Shown here: positions 1-11,947 of the stretch, piece after piece | Layout of the letters: every line of letters starts with the position of its first letter | Numbering within the stretch: position 1 is the first letter of the stretch | Assembly: GCA_004764695.1 (NCBI GenBank) | Contig: SMSO01000031.1 | Coordinates: forward strand, 5,810,761-5,874,760 | Length of the DNA: 64,000 nt | Direction of reading: 5' to 3' | DNA from: Schizochytrium sp. TIO01 | Taxonomy: Eukaryota > Protista > Bigyra: Labyrinthulomycetes | Made by a program: the position numbers and the translations under genes | Notes under the pieces: model-generated | What the model saw: only the letters and a program-made list of their open reading frames with translations | The model's database searches: none | What the model was told of the DNA's origin: nothing

Positions 1-94
1 GCTAGGTAGAACCGTACCAGCGGGTTTGAAAGTTGGAAGAACCCGAAACGATCATAGTTCGCAAGTTTTGTTCTGTCCACAAAAGTAGAAGACC

Positions 95-150
95 AAGTTG
101 AAGTTGAAGTTGAAGTTGAAGTTGAAGTCCAAATTGAAGACCAAGTTGAA
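95..150. repeat. (GTTGAA)n simple repeat
   Basis: About six tandem AAGTTG units plus degenerate copies read directly at 95-150. Confidence 0.85.
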
Positions 151-794
151 GCTGGCTTGCTGAGAGAAGAGGCTAGAGGGCCAAGGCGAGACAAGGCAGC
201 TCGATTCGACACGGGCTGCAGCGCAGGCGAAGGGTTTGTCCTGGTCTTCAGCACGTGAAAGGTGTGTCTTCACATGCATGCGTGATTTGCTTTGCCCATT
301 TTATACCTCTTTATAAGTTGTTGCTCATTGCTCGCTCTCAAGCCAAACCAGGATGAGTAATTTATTCTTGAGCGTTTGGAATCGTCACGGCGGCATGCGA
401 TCGCAATCTTGCGCTCCTTTTCGAATCCAACCGGAGCAGTGAGCAGACTCCGAATCTAAGCCCCATTTTCTATAGCCTCGCAAATTGGGTTGTTCAGAGC
501 TTACCCTTTCGGTAGCCAATTCTTGACACATTCTCTTCCTTATTTTATTTGAAAATAAACAAATAAATAGATAGTAAATATTTAATGAACTAAAATGGTA
601 ACACTTGCGAGTAATAATACTATGATTCAATGTCTATTTCAAGAGGAGAATGGGCAGAGACTCAGAGCGATTGGAGATGATTGTTACGGCATGGAAACTA
701 CATGATGCGATCGTGGAAGGTTTCATACTCCAAGCGACGGAAAACTCTGCTGCGATAGCGACGACTTGCACCTCGGGCCCCGCGTGGCTGAAGT

Positions 795-2555
795 ATGGCT
801 CCAGGCGGCGGCGACGACGGCCCTGCGGGTCTCCAAGGCACTGCGTACCAAGCCTCCGGAGGCCTTGATGCTCGCAATGAAGCAATTGATGGTGACATCG
901 GCGATGGCTCGGGTGCCAGGGGTGGAGAAGGAGATGATATGAACGCCGTGGAAAATGTTGCGGAGAACTCTGACTCCTCCGAGGAGGCTTGGAGGTGGCT
1001 TGATGATCATCATGATGCTACTGGCGCAGTCGCAGGCGCTCTTCTCGCGCTGGATGAGGAGGAGGACGCCTCTGCTCCTGCCAGGATACGCCGACAGCGC
1101 CGCAGCCGCCTCGAGAGCGTCGCCAGCGAAGGATCAAGGCACATGAGCCCGCTCTTTGTAGGGTTTACGCTGGTCATGTCCGTCGTGGGTACGGGCTTGC
1201 TTTCACTACCGTCGGCCTTTCAGTGCATGGGCATCGGGCCGGGTTTGCTGGTGCTAGTCTTCGTGTCGGTCTTCATGTTCTTCACTGGAGACCTCTTCGT
1301 GAGGAGCTACCTTGTCTCATCGCCAAATGTGAATGAGTCCTACGAAGGTATGGCGCTACAGGCATGCAAGGTTACATCGCAGTCGTGGTTGGCGCAAAGC
1401 CAGGAACCTGTGCGCTGGATAGTCAACTTGACAAATGCTATGGGGCTGTTTGGCGGATGCTGCGCCTATATTGCAATTGGCAAGGAAATCTGGCCTGATC
1501 TTGAGGCTCGAATCTCAGGCCGTGATCCAGAGGTTCCAGGAATTATTCCCTGGTATGCTAGTACGGAGGTTGTCACTGGAGCCATGGTTCTGCTGGTTTC
1601 ACTTCCGTTATGCTTGCGACGAAAGCTTAGCAGCCTGCGGTATAGCAGCACACTTGGCTTTTGCTTTTCCATCTTCATGATTATTATCGTCAGCAGCCGT
1701 GGCATCAGGGCTATGGTTGAGGGACATGGAAAACAACCCGATGCATGGCACCCAGCCTGCCCAGAAGAGCCCCTTTGGAACGGTTTAGTTCTTGGACTCT
1801 CTATCTTTAACTTCTCCTTCGTCTTTCACTTCAATTCGATTCCACTCTTCAAGTCTCTTCCGGATCACCACCGGAATCTCAAGACGATGCGGGTCATTAC
1901 GGCTGGATCGATTGCAACCTGCTTTGCTATCTACTCTCTTCTTGGAATTGCTGGTTTTGCTCTGTTTGGGGCTGATGTTGAGGGAAACATTCTGAACAAC
2001 TTTGCCCCAGATGATGACGGCATTAATACTGCCCGCGCTGCGATTGCCGCGTGCTGTTACCTTTGTTTGCCTTTACTTGAGCACCCGCTTCGGGGAACCG
2101 TACTCACAATGTTCAAGTTGTCCCATGGCCGCAGGGTTCGTCTGCTCGTTACAGTTGCCCTACTCACGGCTCAATACCTAATTGCACTCGTTGTACCAAG
2201 TATTAAGATTGTCTTCACTGTCACAGGAGGAGGTGCAGTCGTGGGATTTTGTTATATTTTCCCTACTTGTATTGGTCTCGTCACACTTTGGCCATCGAGT
2301 GTGAAGCGAATTGTCCAGCACCAGCAGATTGCTCAGCAGGTTCTTCATCAACATCAACAAGACTTGTGTCAAGAGAGAGCATCTGACGCCAGCCTCCGCA
2401 TTCCTCTCCTATCAGATCCCATTCCCTCATTCTCCGAAAAGAGTATATATGCACTCTCTCGCTTTGAGGTTGTAATCTGCGCGTTTGTGCTTGCCTTCTT
2501 CCCTATCACTGGTCTCTGGTCTGTCTACATTAGTCTTCACAATGTCACAAATTAA
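795..2555 (+). CDS. Amino-acid transporter, Aa_trans (SLC38/AVT-like) family
   Basis: 586-aa intronless ORF with an acidic N-terminal tail and about 11 hydrophobic segments. Family-typical motifs: 'SVVGTGLLSLPSAF', 'LRYSS', 'FSFVFHFN', 'GFALFGADVEGNILNNF'. Confidence 0.92.
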   Translation: MAPGGGDDGPAGLQGTAYQASGGLDARNEAIDGDIGDGSGARGGEGDDMNAVENVAENSDSSEEAWRWLDDHHDATGAVAGALLALDEEEDASAPARIRRQRRSRLESVASEGSRHMSPLFVGFTLVMSVVGTGLLSLPSAFQCMGIGPGLLVLVFVSVFMFFTGDLFVRSYLVSSPNVNESYEGMALQACKVTSQSWLAQSQEPVRWIVNLTNAMGLFGGCCAYIAIGKEIWPDLEARISGRDPEVPGIIPWYASTEVVTGAMVLLVSLPLCLRRKLSSLRYSSTLGFCFSIFMIIIVSSRGIRAMVEGHGKQPDAWHPACPEEPLWNGLVLGLSIFNFSFVFHFNSIPLFKSLPDHHRNLKTMRVITAGSIATCFAIYSLLGIAGFALFGADVEGNILNNFAPDDDGINTARAAIAACCYLCLPLLEHPLRGTVLTMFKLSHGRRVRLLVTVALLTAQYLIALVVPSIKIVFTVTGGGAVVGFCYIFPTCIGLVTLWPSSVKRIVQHQQIAQQVLHQHQQDLCQERASDASLRIPLLSDPIPSFSEKSIYALSRFEVVICAFVLAFFPITGLWSVYISLHNVTN

Positions 2556-5500
2556 TGGAGCCATGTGTGGTCCCGTCATGTGGAAAATGTGGGAATGTTA
2601 CTATAACACCCCTACAAACTTCTTTTTTTTTTTTTTTGAAGTTTTATCCGGGGACTACAACACATGGCTGGCGACACCGTGTTGCTATCCAGGCTAGAAG
2701 GCTCAACTCCAGCCCTTCGTTTTGGAGGTTCCCCAAATAGCCTGTCGCTTCATGGCCCCCTTTCGTTCATCCAATTTGGCCAAGATGTATTTATTTATAT
2801 CATAGATGCCCGATTCCAAGATGACTAAAAAGCCTTGAAAGATCCGGGAGTTAGGCCACTCATTGTAGTTTTTGTGTTTTCCTTTCTACAAGAATGGTCC
2901 TCGTGATTCAACTGATTCAAGGGTATTCCAGACAACAGAGAAAGCAAGAAAATACCATATTGCACTCAGCATCTACGGGACCTGTCTCAACGATTACTTC
3001 TCCTTCAGGCCTGCTTAAAGATCCAGGCTACAACTGACTCGAGACTCTCATCACTATTCATCACGAGGGTTGGATACAGTAATTAGATCGTACTTGTGAT
3101 ACGTCAGTGCATTCTGAAGTTGCTTTGGAAAAATACTTCCGTGGGGACGAGAGAAGCGCCTCCACATTAATTCGTCGATATTGACTTGTTTGTTTCGTAG
3201 AGATGAGGGAGTTAGTTTTTTCTGTTTTCTTTGTTCCTCTTTGATGTGGTGCTGGTGCCGGCCTACTCATTGATTTCCTAACATGAGGGGTTCAGCCTCT
3301 TGCCTTGCGAATGGAAGACCACACGTACCTGATGTTTGCTAATTGAAATTACGTTTGAAGGAAACATGGATTTCCTCCACACAAAACTCCCATGTCAAAA
3401 TAAAATCTTCTTTCATTCATTTGCCTCAAATAAGGAGAAGAAGACTTCACGCCTCCCAGCAGAAGCAAGAGCCATAATCAGTGCAAATTGGTTTCATTCA
3501 GCATGTCATCCCTTTTCGACTACCGTGGTAGTCAACAAATCCTCCCTGTATTTTACCCGAAGAAAATCAAAGGAGTTTAGGTTACTCAAAACTTTACCTC
3601 CAAATGCTCAACTTCTGTGTAACATTTTCTTTTTTAAAATTATGGAGAGCACGTAAGCTAGCTTCGAAGTTTTGAAACTTCTTCGAGCGAGTTAAATTTG
3701 AAAAGATTCTGCGCCATTGCAATTTCTTCTATTCCCAATCGCCTGTATAACTATGTCGCAAAGTGCATTCAGCTCTAGGAAAGCAAAGTTTACTCCCATG
3801 AGAAAAAGCCATTCTCATAGCTGCGGCCAAAAAACATGAGAGACGACCCTAAGTCCTTCGAGTTACTTGGTTACGAGATCGGTTTTTCCTCATCCCTTTT
3901 AATCGTGGGGCCCCACTATATTACACAATATGTTTTTAGTCTTTGGCTTTCCTAGGTTTATTCAGTCGTGCAACTTTCTCCCTCATTTTCCAGTAAGCAA
4001 TTAGGGTATATTAATCGAACTTGAACCACAATATGCATCCTTCCTCAACCAAGCCTCTGGTTAAGTTCATCAGCTCCTGGCCGAAATGAAAGTTTTAAAG
4101 TTTACCATACTTGCTATTATATTATTACCACTAGACTTGACATCACAAGGGATTTGTACAAAGATTTGTGCTGCGGAATTTCGGTTTAAAAGTAGAAGTT
4201 TCAACTTGCTTATTATTTACACCTTTTAAATTTTCATTTCTCGTACTTTTTTTCTTGTAAAACGTTTTGACAAAAATGTCGGACCTTTCAAACGCCGTGG
4301 GAATTGACTGACTCACAGGCTACGAGTGCGGTACTGTCACGCTAGTATTATGATGTGTATCGATCTTACGGGAGGAATGAATATGGTTTCACTCCGAGTC
4401 CTCACTGATTGACGACACTCTAAAGTTCATTTACCGTACTTGAAAGACATCCATGTCTAGCCTCAAGCTGAATCCTGAGAGTGAAGATCTTTAGCGAATT
4501 GCTGCTCGACTATATTGAGTCTTTCACAGCCCTAATACTGTTGTGGAAGAAGTCTATAAGTAGGGGTAGCATGATCGTCAAACCACTCTTTTATATGACA
4601 TGGTGATGATCACATTGTCCTTTTTGCGGCCGAGCGCCAACACCGTCCTCTTCACTGTTGTTTGATCGGGCTACAGAGCTTTGCCGATCCTGCGATTGAG
4701 CGAAGTAGGAAGCAAAGGGAAGCTGTTGCTTCTCCCTCTTCAAGTCTTCAATGCTTTTAGCGGTGTCGCCGATAATACGATAATGTTATTTTATAAAACT
4801 TTTTGATTAAAAGTCTAGCAATAATAGGAGTACTACTAAGGAATGCAAGAGGGACTCAGCAGAAGCCGCTTAGTATATCGTCGAGGGGCCCGTGCCTTCT
4901 CATTTTTATTGGATTTCTCATCACGACGCTTGGGACGTTTCCACTAAATGACTGATCCGCACGCCGGCCCTTGACAAGCTTCGCGCCGAGCCTACGTCAG
5001 TCAAATTGTGCATCCAGCGCGATAAAGGATAGATTATCACAAAGCTAATCTCGATATTATCGATCATCATCTCGTCCCACCCTACCCTAAGCTAATAGCA
5101 TATTGACGCACCTTTTCATGAGCTGCTTTGTGGTTTTATGAAGCTGTCCAACTCATGACTGTGGTGTGCATCCTCACATACGAATCCAAGTGGGTAAGAG
5201 GGAGAAAGTGATCTTTATCGGCCAGAGGAGATCAGAGGGGGTCAGTTGTGAGCACAGGTGAACTCAAGGGAAGAAGGAGAGAGCAGTCAAAGAGCTGTGG
5301 GAAAAGGAAAGAGAAGGCGGCCAGATTGCGCACCATGTGGCAAGCCAACTTTGAAAGAAAAACCATGGAGGCGGACAAGGCGCACTTCAAAGCTTTGCAA
5401 AGAAACACGCACAGGACAGCCTGCGTATTTACATCTTGGTTTATCAACTATGTATTAACTATGTTTTATTTTTATTTTTATGTAAAGAAGATGTTTAGAA

Positions 5501-8500
5501 AAATTAATTCAACGAAGATTGAAGAGAACTCAATTGATTAATTGATTGGCTATTCCAAGCTGCTTCATTCAACTGCTTCATTCGACTGGTTGGTTGGTTG
5601 GTTGGTTGCCTGGTTGATGTACCTTTTATATTCTTTGGGATCCATCATCAAGCTTAGAAGACATTCTTTTGACATTATTCTGCCTCTTGGATGTCAAACC
5701 AGACAGCCTGGCTTGCATGTGTACTTCAACTAGCCTGCTTAGTGCAGTTGCTTCCTTGCTTCCTTGCTTCCGCGTTTGCTTCCTTGCATAATGAGCTGCT
5801 AGCTACTCGCGAGCATCGCTGAGAGAAACGGTCAGCGTCGAAATAATTGGTAAGCTACATTTTCAGATGTAGTGCAAGAAAATAGCTCTTATTCGTGGTA
5901 GTTTTAAAGGTTTCTATTGTTCTTGGTTCTAAAAATTCAAGAGAGCTAGTCAAAAGATAGAATGAATGAATGACACTCTCCTGTAGAACGTCGCATATGG
6001 CCCATTGGCATGCGAAGTATCACCGCCCTTTCCGAGGAAGTTAGTTTTTTATGCTACGGTAAAGTATCTATTCAATGCGGTTCAATTGTTTCTTCAAGTA
6101 ATAAATCATCTGCCAGTGGAGAAGAAGTGTTACCTAGGTAATTATTATCTTTGAAAAGTTGCTTAAAAGAAGGGGTTTGAAGTGCTACTCTTCATGTTGG
6201 ACGAGGGTGAGAAACTGTTGTTTGTCGGTACTTGTTGCTCTAGTGCGAGAGTTTAAAACTCTCGCGCAGCTGACCGTGCTAAATGTCGTCTTCCCTTGAA
6301 CCAAAAGAACTTTGGTAGAGTACTTGTGGCTGGAAGCCTGAGGGCCAAGGAACCTGAAGAAAGAGAGCAAGGGCACGGGAATTTGAGCCATGCACGTGTC
6401 AGCGGCAGGAGCAATAGTCAGCCGACAGGAGTTTCTTTCCCTTGCTTGCTCGAAGAAAACTGGATTCTAGTGAATTTCAGATGTGTTGTATTTTCAATCA
6501 CACCCAGGTGACAGACGAAAAGCAACCAATGTTCTCATTGAAAGCGGCCGCGATCTCTGAATCCTTGCATCAAGAGGCCAACTACTGTCAGTTGATTTTT
6601 GGCCAATTGATAACGACATACATAACGTTCGTTTCTTGTTTACCAGAATTCCCAATCAGCACAAGTACCATGCTAGTAGCTTACCCGTTCCAGGTTTCTT
6701 AAATCGCTTGGGACCCGAATAAGTGATGAGGATTTTATGACTTACCCATCGTGCTTACTGCCCTGGCTTCGCGTGCGTCAAATGGCTGCTGGTGCCACAG
6801 AGTCTAGAAAAAAATAAGCAAAACATACTTCCGCTGCCTCTGGTCTCCAGCTCTCATGGTGGGCTGGCTGAAATGCTAACGCCGTTTAGCTTTGCCATTT
6901 TCTCATCCACCATGCCCACAATCAATTGAACGTGCCAAGCCAGCGCGCTGGTTTAAGGCACAGTCACCAATTTCGTGTCCCATACGGAGATATCGCAATG
7001 CCTGGATGAGAAGAACGTAAATTTGCGCACGACGTCCGCGGGTCCCTACAAATGTTTAAGTCTTCTTCGATAATCTATGTCGCCGCTCTACTACTGATGC
7101 TGCTTCTTCCTTCTAAAACCACCATGTCTTGGTAGATCCAGCAGAATTACAAGACCGACTCCTATCGTTACTAATAGCTGCCGCCCTAGCTCTCTGCTCC
7201 TGTGACTAGAGAATTAAATTAATTCATACGGCCGACTGTTACGCGCTCAAGTTCTCAGCACAATCTTACATCTCGTCTGTCTCTCTGAAAGCCATATGTA
7301 GAGACTTGCATGACTACCCTGGCAAGCCTACACACGGGCTCAAGCAGGCAAGCCAGCCTGTGACCTGAAGCAGTTCACAAGCACCAATCTCGTGAGAGGA
7401 TTGTGTCTCCCGTGCGGACTTCTCGTAGCTTTAAAAAAATTTAACTTTTTATCGGCGAGTCCCTCGTGTACATCCACCGATCTATATATGCCCTAGATCT
7501 GCAACAACTATATCCATGTCTCATTCATACATCCGTAAGTGCAAATGAATATACGAATTCATGTGCGACTTCGTTCTTTCGAAGCGTTGAGTTTCCATCA
7601 AAATGACTCGAACATGTAAAATCCTGTGTTCTTTCTCTCGCATTGAATTACCAGAGGGGACTCCTTATAAGGGTCAGTGCTGCCATCCGACATCCCGGGA
7701 CCTTTTTAGTCCACCGGCCAAGCTATTGGCGCAAGGTGTTCCAAAGGAGATGAGAAGTCCGAAGCCAAGGTCGTGTCTAAAGTAAATCACTGGCTTGTGT
7801 ATGTGTATGTGGTCGTGCTAGTGGCAGTGGCAGTGGTAGTGGTTGCATACCCCAAGTACACGAAAGCTGATTCAAGGGACAGACGATGTTAGTGAATGAG
7901 TCAGTCAAAAGGCGTGAGCCAGTCAGTCAGTCAGTCAGTCAGTTAGAAAGTAAAGAAAAGCAAAGTAAAGTAAAATTTTAAAGTTGATAGGGACACAGTC
8001 GGGAATGGAGAGGGGAAAGTAAACTAAACGTCGACACAATGAAACTAATTCTTTTGTTTTTGTTTTAGTTATAAACTAAAAATGAAATAAACAGCAGTCA
8101 ATTTGAATAAGAGTATATACCACGGCTAGTGCTACCTGCAGCGCACTTTGACATGGTTTTAACTGTCCTTGGGCCGAATAACGAGAAGGTGTTCGGAACC
8201 AAGTATCAATATCACGCTGCCAAGGGCCGCAGAGACGGAGCTCTTGCGATCTTTACTCTCTTTGAGAATAGTAAAAGAAACTATTTTCATTATATTCAAT
8301 GAAACCTTTCTTTTAGTTTTATATTGTGACCTAGTAGTAGCAAGCACCCTAAACCTAAAAAATGATTTATTCATTTTAAGATATATAAAATATATTTCTA
8401 TAACCAAAAAATAAATAAAACAAATTTGAGTGTGAATGAGTATTGGTACCAGCAAGCAGAAAAGCAGAACTACATATCATTTGCCCCCAAGTAGTCGTCT

Positions 8501-8733
8501 TCAATCGACAAAAATATCTGAGCAAGCCATTGTCATCCAAGAAGTCCAAGTCAACCCAAAAGCAAACCAAAAACTCAAGAATCAAGCCAACACCACTGAT
8601 AGCCTTTCACGCGGCATTGTAAAGCTAGAGATATCTAGCTAATACCTGATCTCTGCACGTGCACTGCATTTGCTTATTGCTAACAATAGCAAAGCAAAGT
8701 AAGCAAACCAAGTCTTACACCTACAAATCCAAG

Positions 8734-9846
8734 ATGTCAGAGAAGTCCGATAAGCGCGAGTCTGCCTCTTTGGCAATGCTCACGTCAAACATGTCTATGT
8801 CATCAATTAGCTCTGGCCCAGAGCACGAAATCGCCATTGGAAGCTTTCTTCATCAGGGCACCAAGGACACTCAGGAAGATGGCATTGCCGTGGACCCTAA
8901 CTTTAACGACTTCATGGAGAAGGTTGCCGAGGCGAATAACCTCGATATTTCACACCTTGACCTCAAGCCTAAGCGTTCTTTCATTTGTCTTTTGGACGGA
9001 CATGCCGGTAGCACTTGCAAGGATTACGTGCAGCAACGTATTCTGACCCAGATCTGCCTCGAGTACATTAATAACCCTGCCCCCTGGACAGAGATTATGC
9101 ACAAAGCCATTCTCGAGATGGAACGCAAATGGATGAACCGCGTATGCCAGCAAGACCCGAACGACCGCTCCGGAACTACTATCACTGTCGGTATCTTGGA
9201 GAGGAACCAGCTTCACTGCGCATGGACTGGTGACTCACCTTGCTGGATTCTCAACAACCTTGGCGCAGCTACTGCCATGACCACGCAACACCGCCCAACC
9301 TTGGCCAGCGAGCAGGAACGCATTCGCCAGTGCGGTGGCGAGATCAAATCAAAGGTCGTTGAGGAGTCCCGTAGTAAGTTCTTTGGCCTTCGGGCCTTGC
9401 GCAGCAAACGCGAAGGTCCTCTTCGCGTGTTCCCAAGTGGTCTCAACATCTCTCGCAGCATTGGTGACATCAAGTACAAGGTCCCCAAGTTGGGAGGCCA
9501 AGAAGGCGTCATTGTTGCGGATCCCGAGACCCGCACGATCACCTTGACACCAGAGACCGAGTTTATTATCATTTCCTCTGATGGACTCTCTGACAACCTG
9601 ACCAAGGGTCTTGACGAGGTCTACAAGCCCTTGAGCAGAGGTTTTCTTAGCGCCTACGACGCAATCAAAGAGGGTCGAGAAGACCCTAAGCCTGGTCAGG
9701 AGAAGATTGAGTTTTGTGCAGATCTTGCTGCAGAAAGTGCAGTCTACTTTTCTATTAAGCGTGGTCGTGCAGAAAAGTACCAAGACAACACCTCAGCAGT
9801 TGTCATCTGCCTTCTGGACAACATGAAGGTGGAGCCATTGTTGTAA
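8734..9846 (+). CDS. Protein phosphatase 2C (PPM family)
   Basis: PP2C motifs in order: QED, DGHAG, SGTT, TGDS, SRSIGD, SSDGLSD, DNTSAVVI. First ATG is at 8734 (the track starts at a GTG). A probable 5'UTR intron lies at 8619-8689 (GTAAAG...GCTAAC-AATAG). Confidence 0.93.
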   Translation: MSEKSDKRESASLAMLTSNMSMSSISSGPEHEIAIGSFLHQGTKDTQEDGIAVDPNFNDFMEKVAEANNLDISHLDLKPKRSFICLLDGHAGSTCKDYVQQRILTQICLEYINNPAPWTEIMHKAILEMERKWMNRVCQQDPNDRSGTTITVGILERNQLHCAWTGDSPCWILNNLGAATAMTTQHRPTLASEQERIRQCGGEIKSKVVEESRSKFFGLRALRSKREGPLRVFPSGLNISRSIGDIKYKVPKLGGQEGVIVADPETRTITLTPETEFIIISSDGLSDNLTKGLDEVYKPLSRGFLSAYDAIKEGREDPKPGQEKIEFCADLAAESAVYFSIKRGRAEKYQDNTSAVVICLLDNMKVEPLL

Positions 9847-10762
9847 GGACTTCCCTATCAATCCTGTTGTTTCTTTCCTGTTAGCTCTCTGTCCGATTGC
9901 TTCCTGACCTCGGATAGTTTGTGCCAGCGGTTTGGGCTTACAGGCTGCGCTTCTTCAATTTAGGAAGCTTTGCTAAAGAATTAGCAGAGCGATACAAAGA
10001 AGCGCCATCCGCCCTTGTAATGATAACATCTCCGTTTGCACAACAACTCTCGCATGTGCATCTAGACTATGTGGTTTTGTCGACTTGCATAAGTACGTAT
10101 AGTTTGATATCATAGTTTAGTATTGTATCAGCAACTCTCGTATCAATCCACCTTTCCAGTGGACCATTCTCAAATTTGATGATCAACACAACTGAAAACC
10201 AAAAATAAGAATTTTCGTTTTATATTTTTAATGTTTTACTTTTATTGTTGTACACCTACTTCCTTACTTTAGAATGACTACAAAATAATTTAGAGTTTTA
10301 TTATTCTGGGAACTCCGTGTCTTTCTTCAAATCCGTAATCTCGCAGAGTCCTTACTTATCACAACTGTTCTAACTATATACACATACGCTGCATAATTCT
10401 CTGAAAAGTTTTTCTTCTTTATGAAAAGTAACAACGACAAACTTTAAACAAAAATCTCGACTATTATCATTGTTATGAAGAATTTACTCTTGCTACACAT
10501 CGGGATAATTTTCCATTTGTAATTTAATATATGAAAGCATGGCTGGGAGCTAAGCAGTGTACAGACCGTACATACATGCATCAAGCAATCGTACCCACGT
10601 AAAAGCAAAAACATGTCAGAAGCTGCAGAAAGTGCAATATTTAAGTCATTTATACATAGTCTACTCATAAAAGTGCTCTGCGTGGTAGTCAATTTATCGA
10701 GAAGCATCCAACCTATATCACATAACATTTTTATTTAAACATGGAGTCTCAATGGGGCGGTT

Positions 10763-11947
10763 TCATTCTACAGAATCCTCTTCTCGTGCAGACTCATTAA
10801 GGCGAGTCACCAAGGCTTTCAAAGCTAATTCCTCGGGGGACTCGTGGAGTGGAACCTTACAATTACCTCCATACATTTCCGGAATATCATCGATGTGAAT
10901 AAACTCCTGGAGTGCTTCTAGCGCAGCCTCTTTTGTATGGGAAACGTGGACCTTATCAAGTGTAGAAGGGTCAAGCACACTGGAGATAGCGCGCCACATA
11001 AATGAGAATGTCACAGGGGCGTTGATAATATACACGCGGAAAGCACGTTCCGGATAGTGTTTGGTCATGATGGAAATGTTAGCACGAACAAACTTCACGA
11101 CATCACTTGGAATGCTAGTAGCAGAAAACCCAGAGCAGTCCAGTACTGTAATAGTTTGCGCATCGTCCTCTGGCTCCAGGTATGTATACAAAAACTCGGA
11201 CTCGAAAGTGTAATAGTTCAAAAGTTCTTCAAAGCTCAAACCACTCTTACGCAAAGCCTTCATGTCAGTGCGCCCAATATGTTCGTAGGCTACTTGGCAG
11301 TTGTTTTTGCTTTTCATGTAAAAGTAGTGCGGGTAGTGTTTTTTAATAACTCCATGATACTTTTGCGGGGTTGACTCGACTAGCTCATTAACTCTGTTGT
11401 CCGCTCGCCACCGTAAAGTATCTTCCCATCGTCGCTGGACCTCCTCCGGACCTTCCTTTGTACAACGCATGTATCTTGGAGTGACTTCAGGAAATTCCCC
11501 TGTACGTTGAAACATCTCCGTGGCCTCTCGCATCGTCGTTGTGGGTGGCTTCTCAGGAAGCTTGATTGTAGTTCTTGTTCTATCTTCTGCAGGTCTCGAG
11601 AACCGGCTTTCGCTAGCCAATCTTACCAAATCGCTTTTCTTATTCTCTTGCAGGGAGCTTGGCGAAGCTAACTCCCAGAGTTTCTCTGCAGGGCTAATCA
11701 TAGCGGTGCAAACATTTTGGACAACCTGGTCCCAAAATTGTCCATTCTGCTGGAACCCATCAGTTGCAAACTGTTGCATACGTTCCCAATTGGGCTGCTG
11801 ATGGTTTTGTGCAACGCTAGCCGCTTTGACAGCCCTTAGATCATATGTTGAGCGGGACCACTGTCTCATGAGCCACTTATGTGCTTCATCCACCGCGTTG
11901 TACTCCACGGCGCCCATGAGCACGCCTGCCGCCAGAGCATCCGACAT
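10763..11947 (-). CDS. Sec14-like / CRAL-TRIO lipid-binding protein
   Basis: Motifs 'RYMR...TLRWRAD', 'ITVLDCSG', 'HYPERAFRVYIINAP', 'LDPSTLDKV', 'IPEMYGG'. First ATG is at 11947; an upstream exon cannot be excluded. Confidence 0.9.
   Translation of the reverse strand: MSDALAAGVLMGAVEYNAVDEAHKWLMRQWSRSTYDLRAVKAASVAQNHQQPNWERMQQFATDGFQQNGQFWDQVVQNVCTAMISPAEKLWELASPSSLQENKKSDLVRLASESRFSRPAEDRTRTTIKLPEKPPTTTMREATEMFQRTGEFPEVTPRYMRCTKEGPEEVQRRWEDTLRWRADNRVNELVESTPQKYHGVIKKHYPHYFYMKSKNNCQVAYEHIGRTDMKALRKSGLSFEELLNYYTFESEFLYTYLEPEDDAQTITVLDCSGFSATSIPSDVVKFVRANISIMTKHYPERAFRVYIINAPVTFSFMWRAISSVLDPSTLDKVHVSHTKEAALEALQEFIHIDDIPEMYGGNCKVPLHESPEELALKALVTRLNESAREEDSVE

Noticed and set aside
6855-6920. 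Stem-loop CATGGTGG...CCACCATG followed by ACA, considered as an H/ACA snoRNA
   Set aside because: Single hairpin, wrong pocket-to-ACA distance and no H box. This level of pairing is plausible by chance.
8436-8642. 68-aa ORF as a possible first coding exon of the PP2C gene
   Set aside because: Splicing 8619-8689 does not place it in the PP2C frame; most likely 5'UTR or a uORF.
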